DNA of 64,000 bases from Mustelus asterias (GCF_964213995.1 NC_135801.1:27466001-27530000), one strand, 5' to 3'. Shown: positions 1 to 12,835, numbered from the stretch's first letter. Program-made: numbers and translations. The notes: generated by a model from the sequence alone, not told the origin.

Positions 1-19
1 GTGTACTCTCAGTGCAGTT

Positions 20-2030
20 TGGGGGGGGGGGGGGGGGAAGAGTTCCAGAATTTCGACCTAGCAACAGTGAAGGAACAGCAATTTATTTCAAAGTTGGGTT
101 GTCGAGTGGTCGTGCTCCCATGTATCTGCTGTCCTTGTCTTTTAGATGATAGTGGCCGAGAGTTTGGAAGGTGCTGTTTAAAGTGGCCTGCAGTGCTACT
201 TGTCAATGGTACACACTGCTGCTATCATGTGCCGGTGGTGTAGGGAGTGAATGTTTGTGGACGGGATGCCAGTCAAGTGGGCGGCTTTCCTGGATGCTGT
301 TGAGCTGCCTGAGTGCTGTTGGAGCTGCACTCATCCAGGCAAGTGCAAAATATTCCATTGCACTCCTGACTTGTGCCTTGTAGCTGGAGGACAGGCTTTA
401 GGGAGTCAGGAGGTAAGTTAGTCACTGCAGGATTCCTAGATTCTCACCTGCTCTTGTAGCCAAAGCATTTATATAGCGGGTGCAATTCAGTTTCTGATCA
501 ATATTAACCCCCAGGATGTTGAAAGTGAGGGATTCAGTGATTCCAATGTCAAATGGCAAGAGTTAGATTCATTCTTGTTGGAGATGGTCATTGCCTAGCA
601 CTTGTGTGACACAAATGTTACTTGCCACTTGTCAGCCCAAGCCTGGATATTGTCCAAGTCTTTCTACATTTGGACATGGATTGCTTCAGTACCTAAAGAG
701 TTATGAATGCTGAACATTGCACAAACAACAAACATCCCCACTTCTGACTTTATGATTGAAGGAAGGTCACTAATGAACACTTCCCTTCTAACTCCTGCAG
801 TGATGTCATGGAACTGAAGTGATTGACCTCCAACAACCATCTTCCTTTGTCGTGGACATGACTCCATCCAGCAGAGAATTTTCATCCCAACTCCCACTGA
901 CTCCGGTTTTGCTGGGGCCCCTTGACGCTCAGTCAAATATTGCCTTGACGTGAAAGACGGTGACTCTCACCTCACCGTTAAAGTTCAGCTGTTTAGTCCA
1001 TGTTTGAACCAAGGCTGTGATGAGGTCAGGAGCTGAGTGACCCTGGCATAACCAAAACTGAACATCCGAGTAGGTTATTGCTAAGCAAGTGCTGCTTAGT
1101 AGCATTGTTGATGACCCCTTCCATTGTTTTACTCAGTGTAGACTGCTGAGGCAGCAATTGGCCAGGTTGCATTGGTCCTGTTTTGCGTGTACAGGATATA
1201 TCTGGGCAATTTTCCACATTGCCAGGTTGATGCCAGTGTTGAAGCTATACTGAAATAGCTTGGCTAGGGATACATTAAGTTCTGAAGCACTAGTCTTTTA
1301 GTCCTATCGTTGAAATATTGTCAGGGCCCAAATCCTTTGCAGTATCCAGTACCTTCTGATGTTTCTTGATATCATGTGGAGTGAATTAAATTGGCTGAAG
1401 ACTGGCATCCAAGGTGCTGGGAACCTCTGTAGTAGGCCGAAGTGGATCATCCACTTAGTACGCCTGGTTGAAGATTGTTGCAAATGCTTCAGCCTTATCT
1501 TTTGCATTGATGTGCTGGGCTCCCCCATCATTGAGGATGGGGATATTTATGGAGACTCCTTTGGTGAGTGGTTTAATTGTCCTCGACCATTCACAACTGG
1601 GTGTGGTAGGACTGCAGAGTTTAGATCTGATCTGGTGGTTGTGGAATCGCTTAGCTTTGTCTATCACTTGCCGTTTATGCTGCTTCGCATGCAAGTAGCC
1701 CAATGTTGTAGCTTCACTAGGTTGACACCTCATTTTTAGGTATGCCTGGTGCTGCTCCTGGCATGCTGTTCTGCACTTTCCGCGAAGCAGGGTTGATCCT
1801 CTGGCCTGGTGGTAATGGTAGAGTGGGGGATTTCCAGGTCATGGGGGAATATGCCACGCCATCAGGTTAGAGTGTGGTTGACTACTGCTGCCTCACAGTT
1901 TCCCAGTCGAGTTGCTAGATCTGTTCTAAATCAATCCCATTTAGCACAGTGGCAGTGCCACATAACACGATGAAGGGATTGTGAAGACGGGACTTTGCCT
2001 CCATAAGGACCATGCTTTGGTCACTCTGAC
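20..2030 (-). mobile_element. Degenerate non-LTR retrotransposon (RT-encoding; family distinct from the CR1 copies)
   Basis: Broken RT motifs in minus ORFs: HDITAGV...FISDLPSIIKSEVGMF (664-936), PGQLLPQ (1026-1217), IRSKLCSP...IPILNDGGAQHINAKDKAEAFATIF (1455-1733). Confidence 0.8.
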
Positions 2031-2443
2031 CGGATGTTTCATGAGGAAATGTTGAGCAGGTTGGACTTAAAGCCATTGGAATTTAGAAGAATGAGAGGCG
2101 ATTTTATTCAAACATATCAAATTCTAAGGGGGCTTGACAGGGGAGATGCTGAGAGGATGTTTTGCCTCACTGGGGAACCTAGAACTAGCTTCAGAATAAG
2201 GGGGCACCTATTCAAGACAGAGAGGAGGAATTCCTTCTCTGATGGTTGTGAATCTTTGGAATTCTTTAATCCCAGAGAACTATGGAGGTGGAATCTCCAC
2301 ATGTAGTCAAGGCTGAGCTGGACAGATGTTTGAACTATAGGGTCAGGAGTTTATGAAGAGCAGGCAGGAAAGTGGAGTTGAGGCTGGATATTGATTAGCA
2401 GAACACAGTTTTGAAGGGAGGGACTGCCTACTTCTTATGTTCA
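2030..2443 (+). mobile_element. CR1 LINE 3' fragment
   Basis: LEFRRMRGDFIQTYQILRGLDR ORF2 C-terminus, tail cttcttatgtt. Confidence 0.8.
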
Positions 2444-2974
2444 ACTGTGATGGGTGATATCATTTGTACAAATTGTAATTGAACCCGAGAGGAAAAAGCA
2501 CCCTTATAAATTAACGGCTTCATGTCTTTTCATTGTAGTGTTATACATGCTAAGACTACAGAAACTTAATGAAAAAACAATTACTGTTCCATTAGAGACT
2601 GTTTAGATGAATTTGTTGAGCTGAGCTACAAGAACCATGTGGCCTTTTAAACAGTTTAGTAGTTTGCATCTGGGCTCTGTCTGACTTCCATCTTTCCTTC
2701 CTTTCAATAGTTGCCCAGCTTGTATGTTCAAACTCACTTTAGATGGCAGCACGAGCCACATTGTTAGAAGTCAGATGAGACATTGTACCGAGACCTTTAC
2801 TCACAGGCTCTGTGCTCCATGCATAAACCATTTTGGTGCAAAAGAATCAGACATTAAACAAAGACTTTCACTGACAGGCTGTATGCAAAAACCATTTTAG
2901 TATAAAGAAACAGATGATAATATAGACCTTCGCTATACTTACCATTTCCAAATTAACTCACTGTAAAGTTTGTA

Positions 2975-3257
2975 AGTTTATTTTGTTTTTTATTAGTGTC
3001 ACAAGTAGGCTTATATTAATACTGCAATGAAGTTACTGTGAAAATCCCCCTAGTTGTCACGCTCTGGTGTCTGTTCGAGTACACCGAAGGAGAACTTAGC
3101 ATGGCCAAAGCACATAACAGCATGTCTTTCAGACTGTGGGAGAAAACCGGAGCACCCCCATGCAGACATGGGGAGAACGTGCAGACTCTGCACAGACAGT
3201 GACCCAAGCCAGGAGTTGAACACAGGTCCCTAGCGTTGTGAGGCAGCAGAGCTAACA
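2975..3257 (-). mobile_element. V-SINE, tail type B
   Basis: tRNA head plus V-domain; tail gggattttcacagtaacttcattgcagt...gtaagcctacttgtgacactaataaa. Confidence 0.85.
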
Positions 3258-3654
3258 GGTCCAGAGTTAGGGTTGTGTGCGATATTGGGAGCCTAAAGTT
3301 TCAATGATGGCAATGCTAAATATATACATACCTCACAATTTAAACAATGTTACTGGCAAGGTTAAAAACTCTATTTGCAATACAGACCACTGTCACAGCG
3401 AAACATCTCACCACATAAAAAATTTGAGGACTTATGTAGCCCAACAAGAACATCTTCCATGTCTCACAAGCCAACAATTAACTAAGTAACCCCCCGCCCA
3501 CCCTTTGTTATTAGGAACAACAGCCAGTGCAGACTCAATAGTGCCAGGGGATGAAACACATGTCATCAAATGTTTAATGTCTAGGTAATATCTTTTTTTT
3601 AAATCGTAAAAAGATAAAGGTAGACAGATAGATGTAAATAATAAAATAACCATT

Positions 3655-3962
3655 TACAGCACAGTGGTTAGTAATGTTGCTTCACAGCACCAGGGATCTG
3701 GGTTCAATTCCAGCCTCAGGTTACTGTCTGTGTGGAGTTTGCACATTCTCCGTGTGTCTCTGTGGGTTTCCTCCCGCAGTCCAAAGATGTGCGGGTTAGG
3801 TGGATTGACCATACTAAATTGCCCCTTAGTGTCAGGGGGATTAGCAGGGTAAATATGCGGGGTTACAGGAATAGGGCCTGGGTGCAATTGTTGTCAGTAC
3901 AGGCTCGATGGGCCAAATGGCCTCCTTCTGCCCTGTAGGAATTCTATAATTCTATTCTATGA
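3655..3962 (+). mobile_element. HE1-type V-SINE, CR1-derived tail A
   Basis: gcacagtggttag...gggttcaattcc...tcctcccgcagtccaaagatgtgcgggttagg...gggccaaatggcctccttctg...attctat. Confidence 0.9.
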
Positions 3963-4039
3963 TATGTTGCATTGGACTGCTCGATGCAAAGTATTTAGAA
4001 ACGTGGAGTGATTTCTGGACAGCGTCAACTGTTTATAAA

Positions 4040-4210
4040 TCATAGAATCCCTACAGTGCAGAAGGAAGGCATTTGGCCCATCGAATCTGCACTGACAACA
4101 ATCCCACCCAGGCACCATCCCTGTAAACCCACAAATTTACCCTACTAATCACCCTTGACACTAAGGGGCAATTTATTATGGCCAATTCACCTAACCTACA
4201 TCTTTGGACA
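4040..4210 (-). mobile_element. 5'-truncated HE1-type V-SINE
   Basis: Reverse complement of the tail A half; forms an inverted pair with 3655-3962. Confidence 0.85.
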
Positions 4211-4399
4211 TCATTTGGCTATTTACTACAGAACCTCCTACCACAAAATGATTCAACTTGCTGTTTTTAATCCACTCTGTCACCACCAGATTCCTAAGTG
4301 TAAATAAAGGGGGCGGGAGGCATTGAGACTTTTAATTACTGGATGTTATTTGTTCTTCTCCAGAGACTTCTGGATGTTGTTATTTGTCCTCCAGTCAGG

Positions 4400-5050
4400 C
4401 ATAAAATTGCAGTAAAAAAAAACAGCCTTGGGACGGTCACCACCTCAAATTTTCAATTTTAAAAAAGTATCCCAAGAAACAAATCCTGATTCATGCCTCT
4501 CTCTCTCTCTCTCTCAAAGCCTGGCCCTGCCTCACCCACAATCCAATCCCTGTGAATCCTGGACTCTTACCCCGGGGAGCGCGCGCCTTTCCTCCTCCTC
4601 CTTCCCCCCCAAATAAACACACACACACATCTGGAACAAAGAAAGCTCGCCTCAAAAAAACGTCCAGGTCCAACACTTTCCCAAACCCACCTCCCCGGTA
4701 CAGCCCCGAGGAACAAACCGCTACCTTCACTCCCCTGTATCAAAAAGTAAGTAGCAAGACAACGAGCGCGGGCTGACTTACCACATTTTCAACAATTCCT
4801 TCCTAATTTCATCAAGTTTGTTTCTAATTGTTTTTTAAAAAATAAGCAAATTGTCTGCTCCCCTCAGAAAAGCCGAAGAACTTTTGCTGTTCTCTTGTGT
4901 GGCGGCACCAAATGTGTCTCTCTCAGCCATTAAGTCGACTCTCTGGACTCCATTGTCAAGCTCTCACTCACAGGTGTAACCGGCTCAACAGGAACACCTC
5001 AGCTCATTAACCCTGCCCAGCCCACCAAGCAACTTAATCTGCCTCCCACT
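4400..5050 (-). promoter_or_regulatory. Putative promoter and first exon of a second minus-strand gene (donor at 4781)
   Basis: Region without recognisable transposons, locally CpG-rich. Minus strand GAAAATGTG|GTAAGTCAG is a consensus donor followed by CpG-rich sequence. E-box CAGGTG at 4971 and TAAT-type motifs at 5003-5040. Confidence 0.45.
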
Positions 5051-5309
5051 TCTTTCATTCTCTCATTTCTGCGTTGTTCCCTTAGTTAATTTGATTTAGT
5101 TTATTTGGTTGGTCAAAAGATTAATTTCTGGGTTACATTTCTACCTTTTTTTTCTTTTGGGAGGTGAGTAGAAATAACCTGTTACCAATACATTAGCTTT
5201 AAAAGTGAATTGTGATTTGTCCCAGCCATTTCTCACCCTTGTTGGTAGTACCGCTGTTTCGTATTGAACTCAATTAAAGTTTTAAAGTTTGCCTAAAGTA
5301 AAAGTTTTG

Positions 5310-5806
5310 AAGTTCATTTATTATTCTCACAAATAGGTTTACATCAACACTGCAATGGGAAATTTCACAATGATTTCATTGCAGTGTAATGTAAGCCTTA
5401 CTGATGACTAATAAATAAACTTTAACCTTAACAATGAAGTCACTGTGAAAATCCCCGAGTTGCCACACTCATAGAATCATAGAATAGAATCTCTGCAGTG
5501 CAGAAGGAGGCCATTCAGCCCATCGAGTCTGCACCGACCACAATCCCACCCAGGACCCATTTCCATAAACCTGCATATTTACTCTGCTAATCCCCTGACA
5601 CTAGGGTTGATTTAGCATGACCAATCAACCTAACCCCACATCTTTGGACTGTGGGAGGAAACCGGAGTACCCGGAGGAAACCCACGCAGACACAGGGAGA
5701 ATGAGCAAACTCCACGGGCAGTGACCCAAGGCCGGAATTGAACCCGGGTCCCTGGCGGTGAGGCAGCAGTGCGGGTACACGGAGGGAGAATTTAGCATAG
5801 CCAATG
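5310..5806 (-). mobile_element. Nested V-SINE cluster: tail B host containing a tail A SINE (5471-5772) and an inverted tail B piece (5358-5425)
   Basis: Direct recognition of both tails and the V-domain. Confidence 0.8.
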
Positions 5807-6179
5807 TAGATTCTCACAGATTATCTGAAATTGAGTCCTTCAAATTAATGAAGTAATAAGAGTTTTGTAAAAGTTATTTTTATTTGTTTTTAGATAAGTT
5901 CATTCCCTCCTTTTAATTCTTATGAATGAAATACCATTCCTGGGTGGAGTAAACTTCCTTCAGGGCCTCTGCAAACCACGCACTGTTGCTCGTCTAGGAA
6001 GGATACTGGATATTTCTTCACGCTACTGCGGATGGGTAATTTAATATTGCGGTCTGCCAATGTTAGGAAGGGGAAGCACAGGCTCAAACTCTTGTCCCAG
6101 TACCTCATTGTGAATATTAAGGCTGTTTTAAATTTGATACTGTTTTGGACATCACTGACCATTGGGGATCTGGGGTGGT

Positions 6180-6980
6180 CAGATACAGCATAAGCAGAAA
6201 TCGTCTTGAGTTAAATATGAGGAAGACCAGGGCCAACGCTGTCCCCCACTACAAACTCCACCCTCTATCTACAGCTTCTTCTCTCTGGCAACTGTCAGAG
6301 GCTGAATCAGATTGTTTGCAACATTGGTGCCATATTTGGCCATGAGATGAGCTTTATCTATGCCACCTCGAAGACCATCTATTTCTACCACTGTGAAATC
6401 ACATATCTCCACTCTTGCTTCAATTCATCTGCTGCTGAAACCCTCCTTCATGCCTTCGTTACCTCTGCAGTTGACCATTCCAACCCATGACTGGCAATCC
6501 TCCAACATTCTACCCTCTGTCAACCTGAGGCGTTCTAAAGTTCTTTTGCCTGTGTCCTTCAGTGCACAGAATCCTTTTCACCCATAACCCATGTGCTCGC
6601 TGACCTGTATTGGCTCCCAGTCAAGCAATGCCTCAATTTGAAATTTCTCATCTCTATTTTCAAATACTTTCATGGCCATGTCCATTCTACCTCTGTATTA
6701 TCTTCAAATCCCACAACTCTCGGGTATATATATTCTGGCCTCAAGTACCTCTGATTTTAAATATTCCATGAGGGGTGACCATGTCTGCAGTTGCCTGCAC
6801 CCTAAGCTTCAGAATTCTCTCCTTAAATTTCTTTCTCTTTCCTCCTTTAAGACGCTCCTTAGCTCTTTGAGCGAGGTTTTGGCCATGATATCACCTAACG
6901 TGGCTTTATAATGCTCCAATGAAGCACCTTGGAGTATTTACAAAACACGAACGGCATTATATAAATACAAGTTGTTGAGT
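6180..6980 (+). mobile_element. L2-like LINE 3' fragment
   Basis: Degenerate AAETLLHAFVTS...PITHVLADLYWLPVKQ C-terminal L2 ORF2 motifs; tail ...ggcattatataaatacaagttgttg. Confidence 0.7.
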
Positions 6981-7339
6981 GTCATCTGGAGTAGTTCCAT
7001 CAAGAAGTCATTTCATGGACTCCCAGACTGGGGAAGTGCCCAGGATCTCCATAATTGATTAAAAACAGGAAATCATAATAGTAAATTATATTCATTGTGG
7101 AAACACAATTTGTCATGACAAATCAACATTTAATTCAACACTATCATTAAATTATTTTGTTTTGTCGTATCCAAATGTAGAATTAAAGGCTAAACCTTCA
7201 TTGCAAATCCTTATTCTGTTCTACATTTACATTTCTTTGAGCTCCCTTTTTTATATAGGAGTTTTCAGTAAGTTTCTCCAGGAATCATTCGTAGGAGTGT
7301 TGCTAACAAAATAAATTAATTTCTAGTCTTAACCTAACA

Positions 7340-8480
7340 TCAACTTGTTTTTATAAAGCATCTTTTACATGGTAAAACAATGTGCCAAGGTACCTCACAG
7401 AAGCCACGTGAGGAGATATTACAGCATCTTAAAGGTGGAAAGGGAGGTAGAGAGGCTGAGGTAAGGAATTCCTGAACTCAGGGCCTTGGCAACCTGAAAC
7501 ATGGCCACCATGGTGGAGCAATTAAAATCGGGGTTGCTCAAGGCTCCAGAATTATCGAAGAATACAGAATGCAGGAGCAAGACCATGGATAATTTGGAAA
7601 GAAGGATGAACACTTTGAAATCAAGGGTTTTTTTAACCTGGAGCCAGAGTAGGTCAGGAAGCACAGCAGTAATGGGTGAATGGGACTTGGTGAGAGTTAG
7701 AGCACGAGCAGCAGAATATTGGAAGACCTTAAGTTTACAGAGGGTAAAACGTGGGAGGCCAAGCATGAGCTGTTTTAAATAGTCAAGTCTAGAGGTAGCA
7801 AACAGAGCAAATGAACTGTGGAAGGCACAAGGGCATGTTGCAGAGCCAAAAGTAGGCAGTTTTAGTGATGTCGTGGATCTGTGTTCATGTTGGGGTCAAA
7901 TATGACCCCAAGGTTGCGAATTGGTCCCGCCTGAGAATTTCCAGAAAGAGGGACAGAGGCAAGCGAATGGAATTTGTGACGATAACCGAAGACAATGGCT
8001 GCAATCGTCCCAATATTTAACCAGAGGAAATTTCTGCTTGCCTGGATGTCAGACACAGCAGCAAGACAATTTAGAAACGGGTGGTGCTGAAATATAGCTG
8101 AGTGTTGTCAGCATATATGAAGAAATGGACACTGTGTTTTTGTCCATCACCAAGGGCAGCACATAGATAAGAAATAAGAGAGGGGAGCCAAGGACAGAAC
8201 CTTGTGGGATACCAGAGTTAAGTGGAGGAATGTGAAGAAAAGCATTGAAGGTGATTCCCTGGCTTTGCCTGGGTATATGAGTGCAGTCCCACCCAGCTGC
8301 ACAACAGTGGACAGGCTTTTGAAGAAGATGTTGTGGTCAACCACAACAGCTGCAGACAGATCAAAAAGGACAAAGTTAGATTATCTTTGTCACAGTCCTA
8401 TAGAACGTTATTTGTAACTTTGATAGGAGCCAGTTCAATACTGTGGCAAGAGCGAAAACCTGATTGGAGGGAACCTGACG
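7340..8480 (-). mobile_element. L2-like LINE fragment, tail-to-tail with 6180-6980
   Basis: ORF 7419-7766 GLPRFTLCKLKVFQYSAARALTLTKSHSPITAVLPDLLWLQVKKTLDFK; RNLGVIFDP in 7862-8056; VDHNIFF in 8147-8344. Confidence 0.8.
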
Positions 8481-9261
8481 GTGAACTCAGGAAAAGATGT
8501 CAGGACTGAGAATTTAGAAGAACTTAAATCTTCAAAAATCGCAGATATAAAAAAAATTAAAACTGTTTATACCAATTTGATTAATATGAATGAATAAAAA
8601 GCCAATATGAATTAGATTGAAGGAGAAAAGGACGATAGGACTAACTTTTCAACTGATGGACATGATGGTTCCTGTTCCTGTGTTTTCAGTTACAGCCTCA
8701 GCAAAAATTGTGTGGTGAGAATAATGTGGATGGATATCTCAGCAGCTCATCTGATCACTTTGGTTGTGTGCTGACGTTCCACAGAATGTATTCAAAATTT
8801 TACCCATGGTTATTTACTTCCTTACAGAGATTAGGCAAGACATAATTTCAGTGTGAGTCATACAGTATATTGGAAGATACTAGTTGCAAGATAACCTTTA
8901 CTTGTTCAGTAGTTTGTTATAACAATTGACTAAGTCATAAACTCAAGCAGATTTATATATCTTTATCTGGGTATACTTTATACTTTATCTGGGTTTAGGC
9001 TATAGTTCAAGTTCGCCTTGGCTTTTTAGATAATTTTATTTTTTTCACATTATGTAGATCGCCCTTAGCACTTCATTCAATTAAATTTATCTTTGGATGA
9101 GTCAGGTAACCATCCCCCTTTCGCATTACTGCCCATCTTTATTTAACTCCTTACGTTAAGGAGATCTAAAACATTTAATTTCAAATAGATTTCTTGACAA
9201 TTATTCATGATGGTAGAATATTAACCACATTGAATATGCCAGAACTAAGAAGGACAGGGAA

Positions 9262-10075
9262 AACATAGAAAACAGGTGCAGGAGTAGGCCATTCGGCCTT
9301 CGAGCCTGCACCACCATTCAATATGATCATGGCTGATCCTACACTTTCAGCATCCCACTTCTGCTTTCTCTCCATACCGCTTGATCCCTTTAGCCACAAG
9401 GTCCACGTCCAACTCCCTCTTGAACATATCTAACAAACTGGCCCCAACAGCCTTCTGTGATAGAGAATTCCATAGGTTCACAACTCTCTGAGTGAAGAAG
9501 TTCTTCCTCTCATTCTTCTAAATTCAAGTGAGTTCAAGCCCAGTCAATCCAGTTTTCTTCATATGTCAATCCTGCCATTCCAGGAATGAGTCTGGTGAAC
9601 CTTCGCTGGAATCACTCAACAGCAAGAATATCCTTCCTCAGCCTAGGAGATTAAAGCTGCATACAATACTCAAGGTGTGGCCTCACCAAGGCACTGTATA
9701 ACTGCAGCAAGGTGTCTCTATTCCTATACTCAAATCCTCTTGCTATGAAGGCTGGCATGCCATTAGCTTTCCTCACCACCTGCTGTACCTGCATGCCACC
9801 TTCAGCGACTGTTCCACCAGGTCACATGGCACTCCCCCTTTTCCTAAATTGCCACAATTCAATAATCTTCCTTCCTGTTTTTGCCATCAAAGTGGATAAC
9901 CTCACATTTATCCACATTATATTGCATTTGCCAAGAATTTGCCCGCTCAGTTAGACTGTCCAAGTCACCCTGCAGTCTCTTAGCATTCTCCTCACAGCAC
10001 ACACTACCACCGAGCTTAGTGTTGTCTGGAAATTTGAAGATATTGCATTTAATTCCTATGTCCAAATCATTGTAT
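9262..10075 (-). mobile_element. CR1 LINE fragment (internally deleted)
   Basis: KFPDNTKLGG...WQMQYNVDKCEVIHF; CR1 tail AMIILNGGAGSKAEWPTPAP region. Confidence 0.85.
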
Positions 10076-10436
10076 ATTGAACATTGACTTTTCACCTCTA
10101 TGAGCTACGTTTAAAATTGTAGATGAGCTGAAAAATACCTTGTTCACTGTCGGCACAACAGTATAACTTGCCATAATTCAAGATTTTGCAATCAATTTTC
10201 AGGCAGCTTAAAAGAGGGTGCAGGAATGGCTTGTTACTAGTGTATGCAGTTGACGTATTCCAATGTTCATAGCACGTTGGACATTAGGAACTGTTTCTTG
10301 TTCTGTAGATTTGAGCACATAATTTAGGCTGGCAGTTATATAGAATGATAGAATCCCTACATTGCAGAAGGAGGCCAATTCAGCCCATCGAGCCTGCACC
10401 CCCAACAACAATCCCACCCGGGCCCTATCCCCATTA

Positions 10437-12218
10437 CATAAGAACATAAGAAATAGGAGCAGGAGTAGGCCATCTGGCCCTTCGAGCCTGCCCCGCCATT
10501 CAACAAGATCATGGCTGATCTGAAGCGAATCAGTTCCACTTACCCGCCTGCTCCCCATATCCCCTAATTCCCTTATCGATCAGAAAACTATCTACCCGTG
10601 ATTTAAACATATTCAACGAGGAAGCCTCCACCACTTCAATGGGCAGAGAATTCCAGAGATTCACTACCCTCAGAGAAGAAGTTCCCCCTCAACTCTGTTC
10701 TGAACCGGCCCCCCCTTATTTTGAGGCTGTGCCCTCTAGTTCTGGTTTCCCTTCTAAGTGGAAAGAATCTCTCCACCTCTACCCTATCCAGCCCCTTCAT
10801 TATCTTATATGTCTCTTATATGTCTCTATAAGATCACCCCTCATCCTTCTAAACTCCAACGAGTACAGACCCAATCTGTTTAATCTCTCCTCATAAGCTA
10901 CACCCCTCATCTCCGGTATCAACCTGGTGAACCTTCTCTGCACTCCCTCCAAGGCCAATATATCCTTTCGCAAATAAGGGGACCAAAACTGCACACAGTA
11001 CTCCAGTTGCGGCCTCACCAGTGCCTTGTACAGTTGCAGCAAGACCTCCCTGCTTTTATATTCTATCCCCCTCGCGATAAAGGCCAACATTCCATTCGCC
11101 TTCTTGATCACCTGCTGCACCTGCAGACTGAGTTTTTGCAATTCGTGCACAAGGACCCCCAGGTCCCTCTGCACAGTCGCACGATGTAATTTTTCTCCAT
11201 TTAAATAATACTCCAATTTACTATTATTTCTTCCAAAGTGGATAACCTCACATTTGCTAACGTTATATTCCATCTGCCAGATCCTCGCCCACTCGCTCAC
11301 CCTATCCAAATCTCTCTGCAGACTTTCCGCGTCCTCCACGCAATTCGCTTTCCCACTCACCTTCGTGTCATCAGCAAACTTGAATACCCTAGATTCAGTC
11401 CCCTCCTCCAGATCATCTATGTAAATGGTAAACAATTGAGGCCCCAGCACCGATCCCTGCGGCACGCCACTGGTCACCAACTGCCAACCAGAAAAGCACC
11501 CATTTATCCCAACTCTCTGCTTCCTGTTAGATAGCCAATCCCCAATCCACGCCAACACCTTACCCCTAACTCCGTGTACCCCAATCTTCTGCAGCAACCT
11601 TTTGTGAGGCACCTTATCGAACGCCTTCTGGAAATCTAAAAACACCACATCCACCGGTTCCCCTCTGTCAACCGCACTAGTGACATCTTCATAAAAGTCC
11701 AGTAGATTCGTCAAACACGACTTTCCCTTCATGAATCCATGCTGCGTCTGCTTGATCGAACCATTCTTATTCAGGTGCTCTGTTATTTCCTCTTTAATAA
11801 TGGACTCTAGCATCTTCCCAACTACGGACGTTAAGCTAACCGGCCTGTAGTTACCCGCCTTTTGTCTACTTCCTTTTTTAAACAGCGGCGTAACAGTAGC
11901 TGTTTTCCAGTCAGCCGGCACTACCCCAGAGTCCAGCGAATTTTGATAAATTACTACTAACGCATCTGCTATTACCTCAGCCATTTCTTTCAGTACCCTG
12001 GGATGCATTCCATCCGGGCCCGGGGACTTGTCTACCTTCAGTCCTATTAGTCTACCAAGCACCACCTCCTTAGTAACAGTAATTGTATTAAGGACCTCCC
12101 CTCCCACCAACTCTCGATCTCTAATATTCGGCAAACTATTTGTGTCTTCCACCGTGAAGACCGACACAAAGAACTTATTTAAAGTCTCAGCCATTTCCTC
12201 GTTTTCCACTATTAAATC
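10437..12218 (-). mobile_element. Young 5'-truncated CR1 (HER1-like) LINE, ORF2 RT domain
   Basis: ORF 10800-12422 carries KSPGPDG, NYRPVSLTS, QHGF, DFQKAFD, GVPQGSVLGP and KFADD; (cttatgtt)n tail; an 11-bp tandem duplication at 10804-10825 shifts the frame. Confidence 0.95.
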
Positions 12219-12445
12219 CCCACACATTAACCTGCTAGTCCCCCTGACAGTAAGGGGCAAGTTAGCATGGCCAATCAACCTAACCTGCACATCTTTGGGC
12301 TGTGGGAGGAACCAGAGCATCCAGAGGAACCCCACACAGACACAGGGAGAATGTGCAAACTCCACATGGACAGTCACCCGAGGCTGGAATCGAACCCTGG
12401 GGTCCCCGGCGCTGTGAGGCAACAGTGCTAACCACTGTGCCGGCG
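12214..12445 (-). mobile_element. HE1-type V-SINE 5' half; its 3' half is at 10341-10436, split by the CR1 insertion
   Basis: The halves rejoin as ...ccctatccccatta|ccccacacattaacctgctag... Confidence 0.85.
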
Positions 12446-12454
12446 TGAGGAGAT

Positions 12455-12835
12455 AAAACTAGACTTTCAGAGTTGCAATTAAACTGAGGCCCTGTCTTCC
12501 TTTCAGCTGATCTGCAAGTAAAAGATTCCACTGTGTAATCCGAAGAATGAAGCTGTTGGACTTTAACCTGGTGTTGTGAGACTTCTTACTGTGTTCACCC
12601 CAGTCCAACGCCGGCATCTCCACATCATAATCCGAAGAAGGGCAAAGGAATTCCATAGGTGCCTTGGCCAACATTTATCTCTTGACCAATATCTAAAATA
12701 GATGATCTGGTCATTTATTTACTTTTGTCACTGTTTATGGGAGCGTACTGTTTAAAAAGAATGCAATTAGGGATGGGCAATAATAATGTAGGCCTAGCCA
12801 ATGACATCCCCCGTCCCCATGAATGATTTAAAAAA
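12455..12835 (+). mobile_element. Deu-SINE fragment ending in a LINE-like tail
   Basis: ttaaactgaggccctgtct...gtaaaagattccact...cttggccaacatttat; ends gcaattagggatgggcaataa...ccatgaatgattt, the same tail as at 14995-15058 on the minus strand. Confidence 0.55.
12548..12627 (+). mobile_element. Penelope-like family A 3' fragment with 12-bp target site duplication
   Basis: Same sequence as 35352-35426 (ctgttggactttaacctggtgttgtgagacttcttactgtg...). Flanked by TAATCCGAAGAA at 12536-12547 and 12628-12639. Confidence 0.75.

Noticed and set aside
10800-12422. 540-aa ORF as a host or domesticated gene
   Set aside because: It is SINE sequence fused to a truncated CR1 ORF2, with no endonuclease domain and a frameshifted C-terminus.
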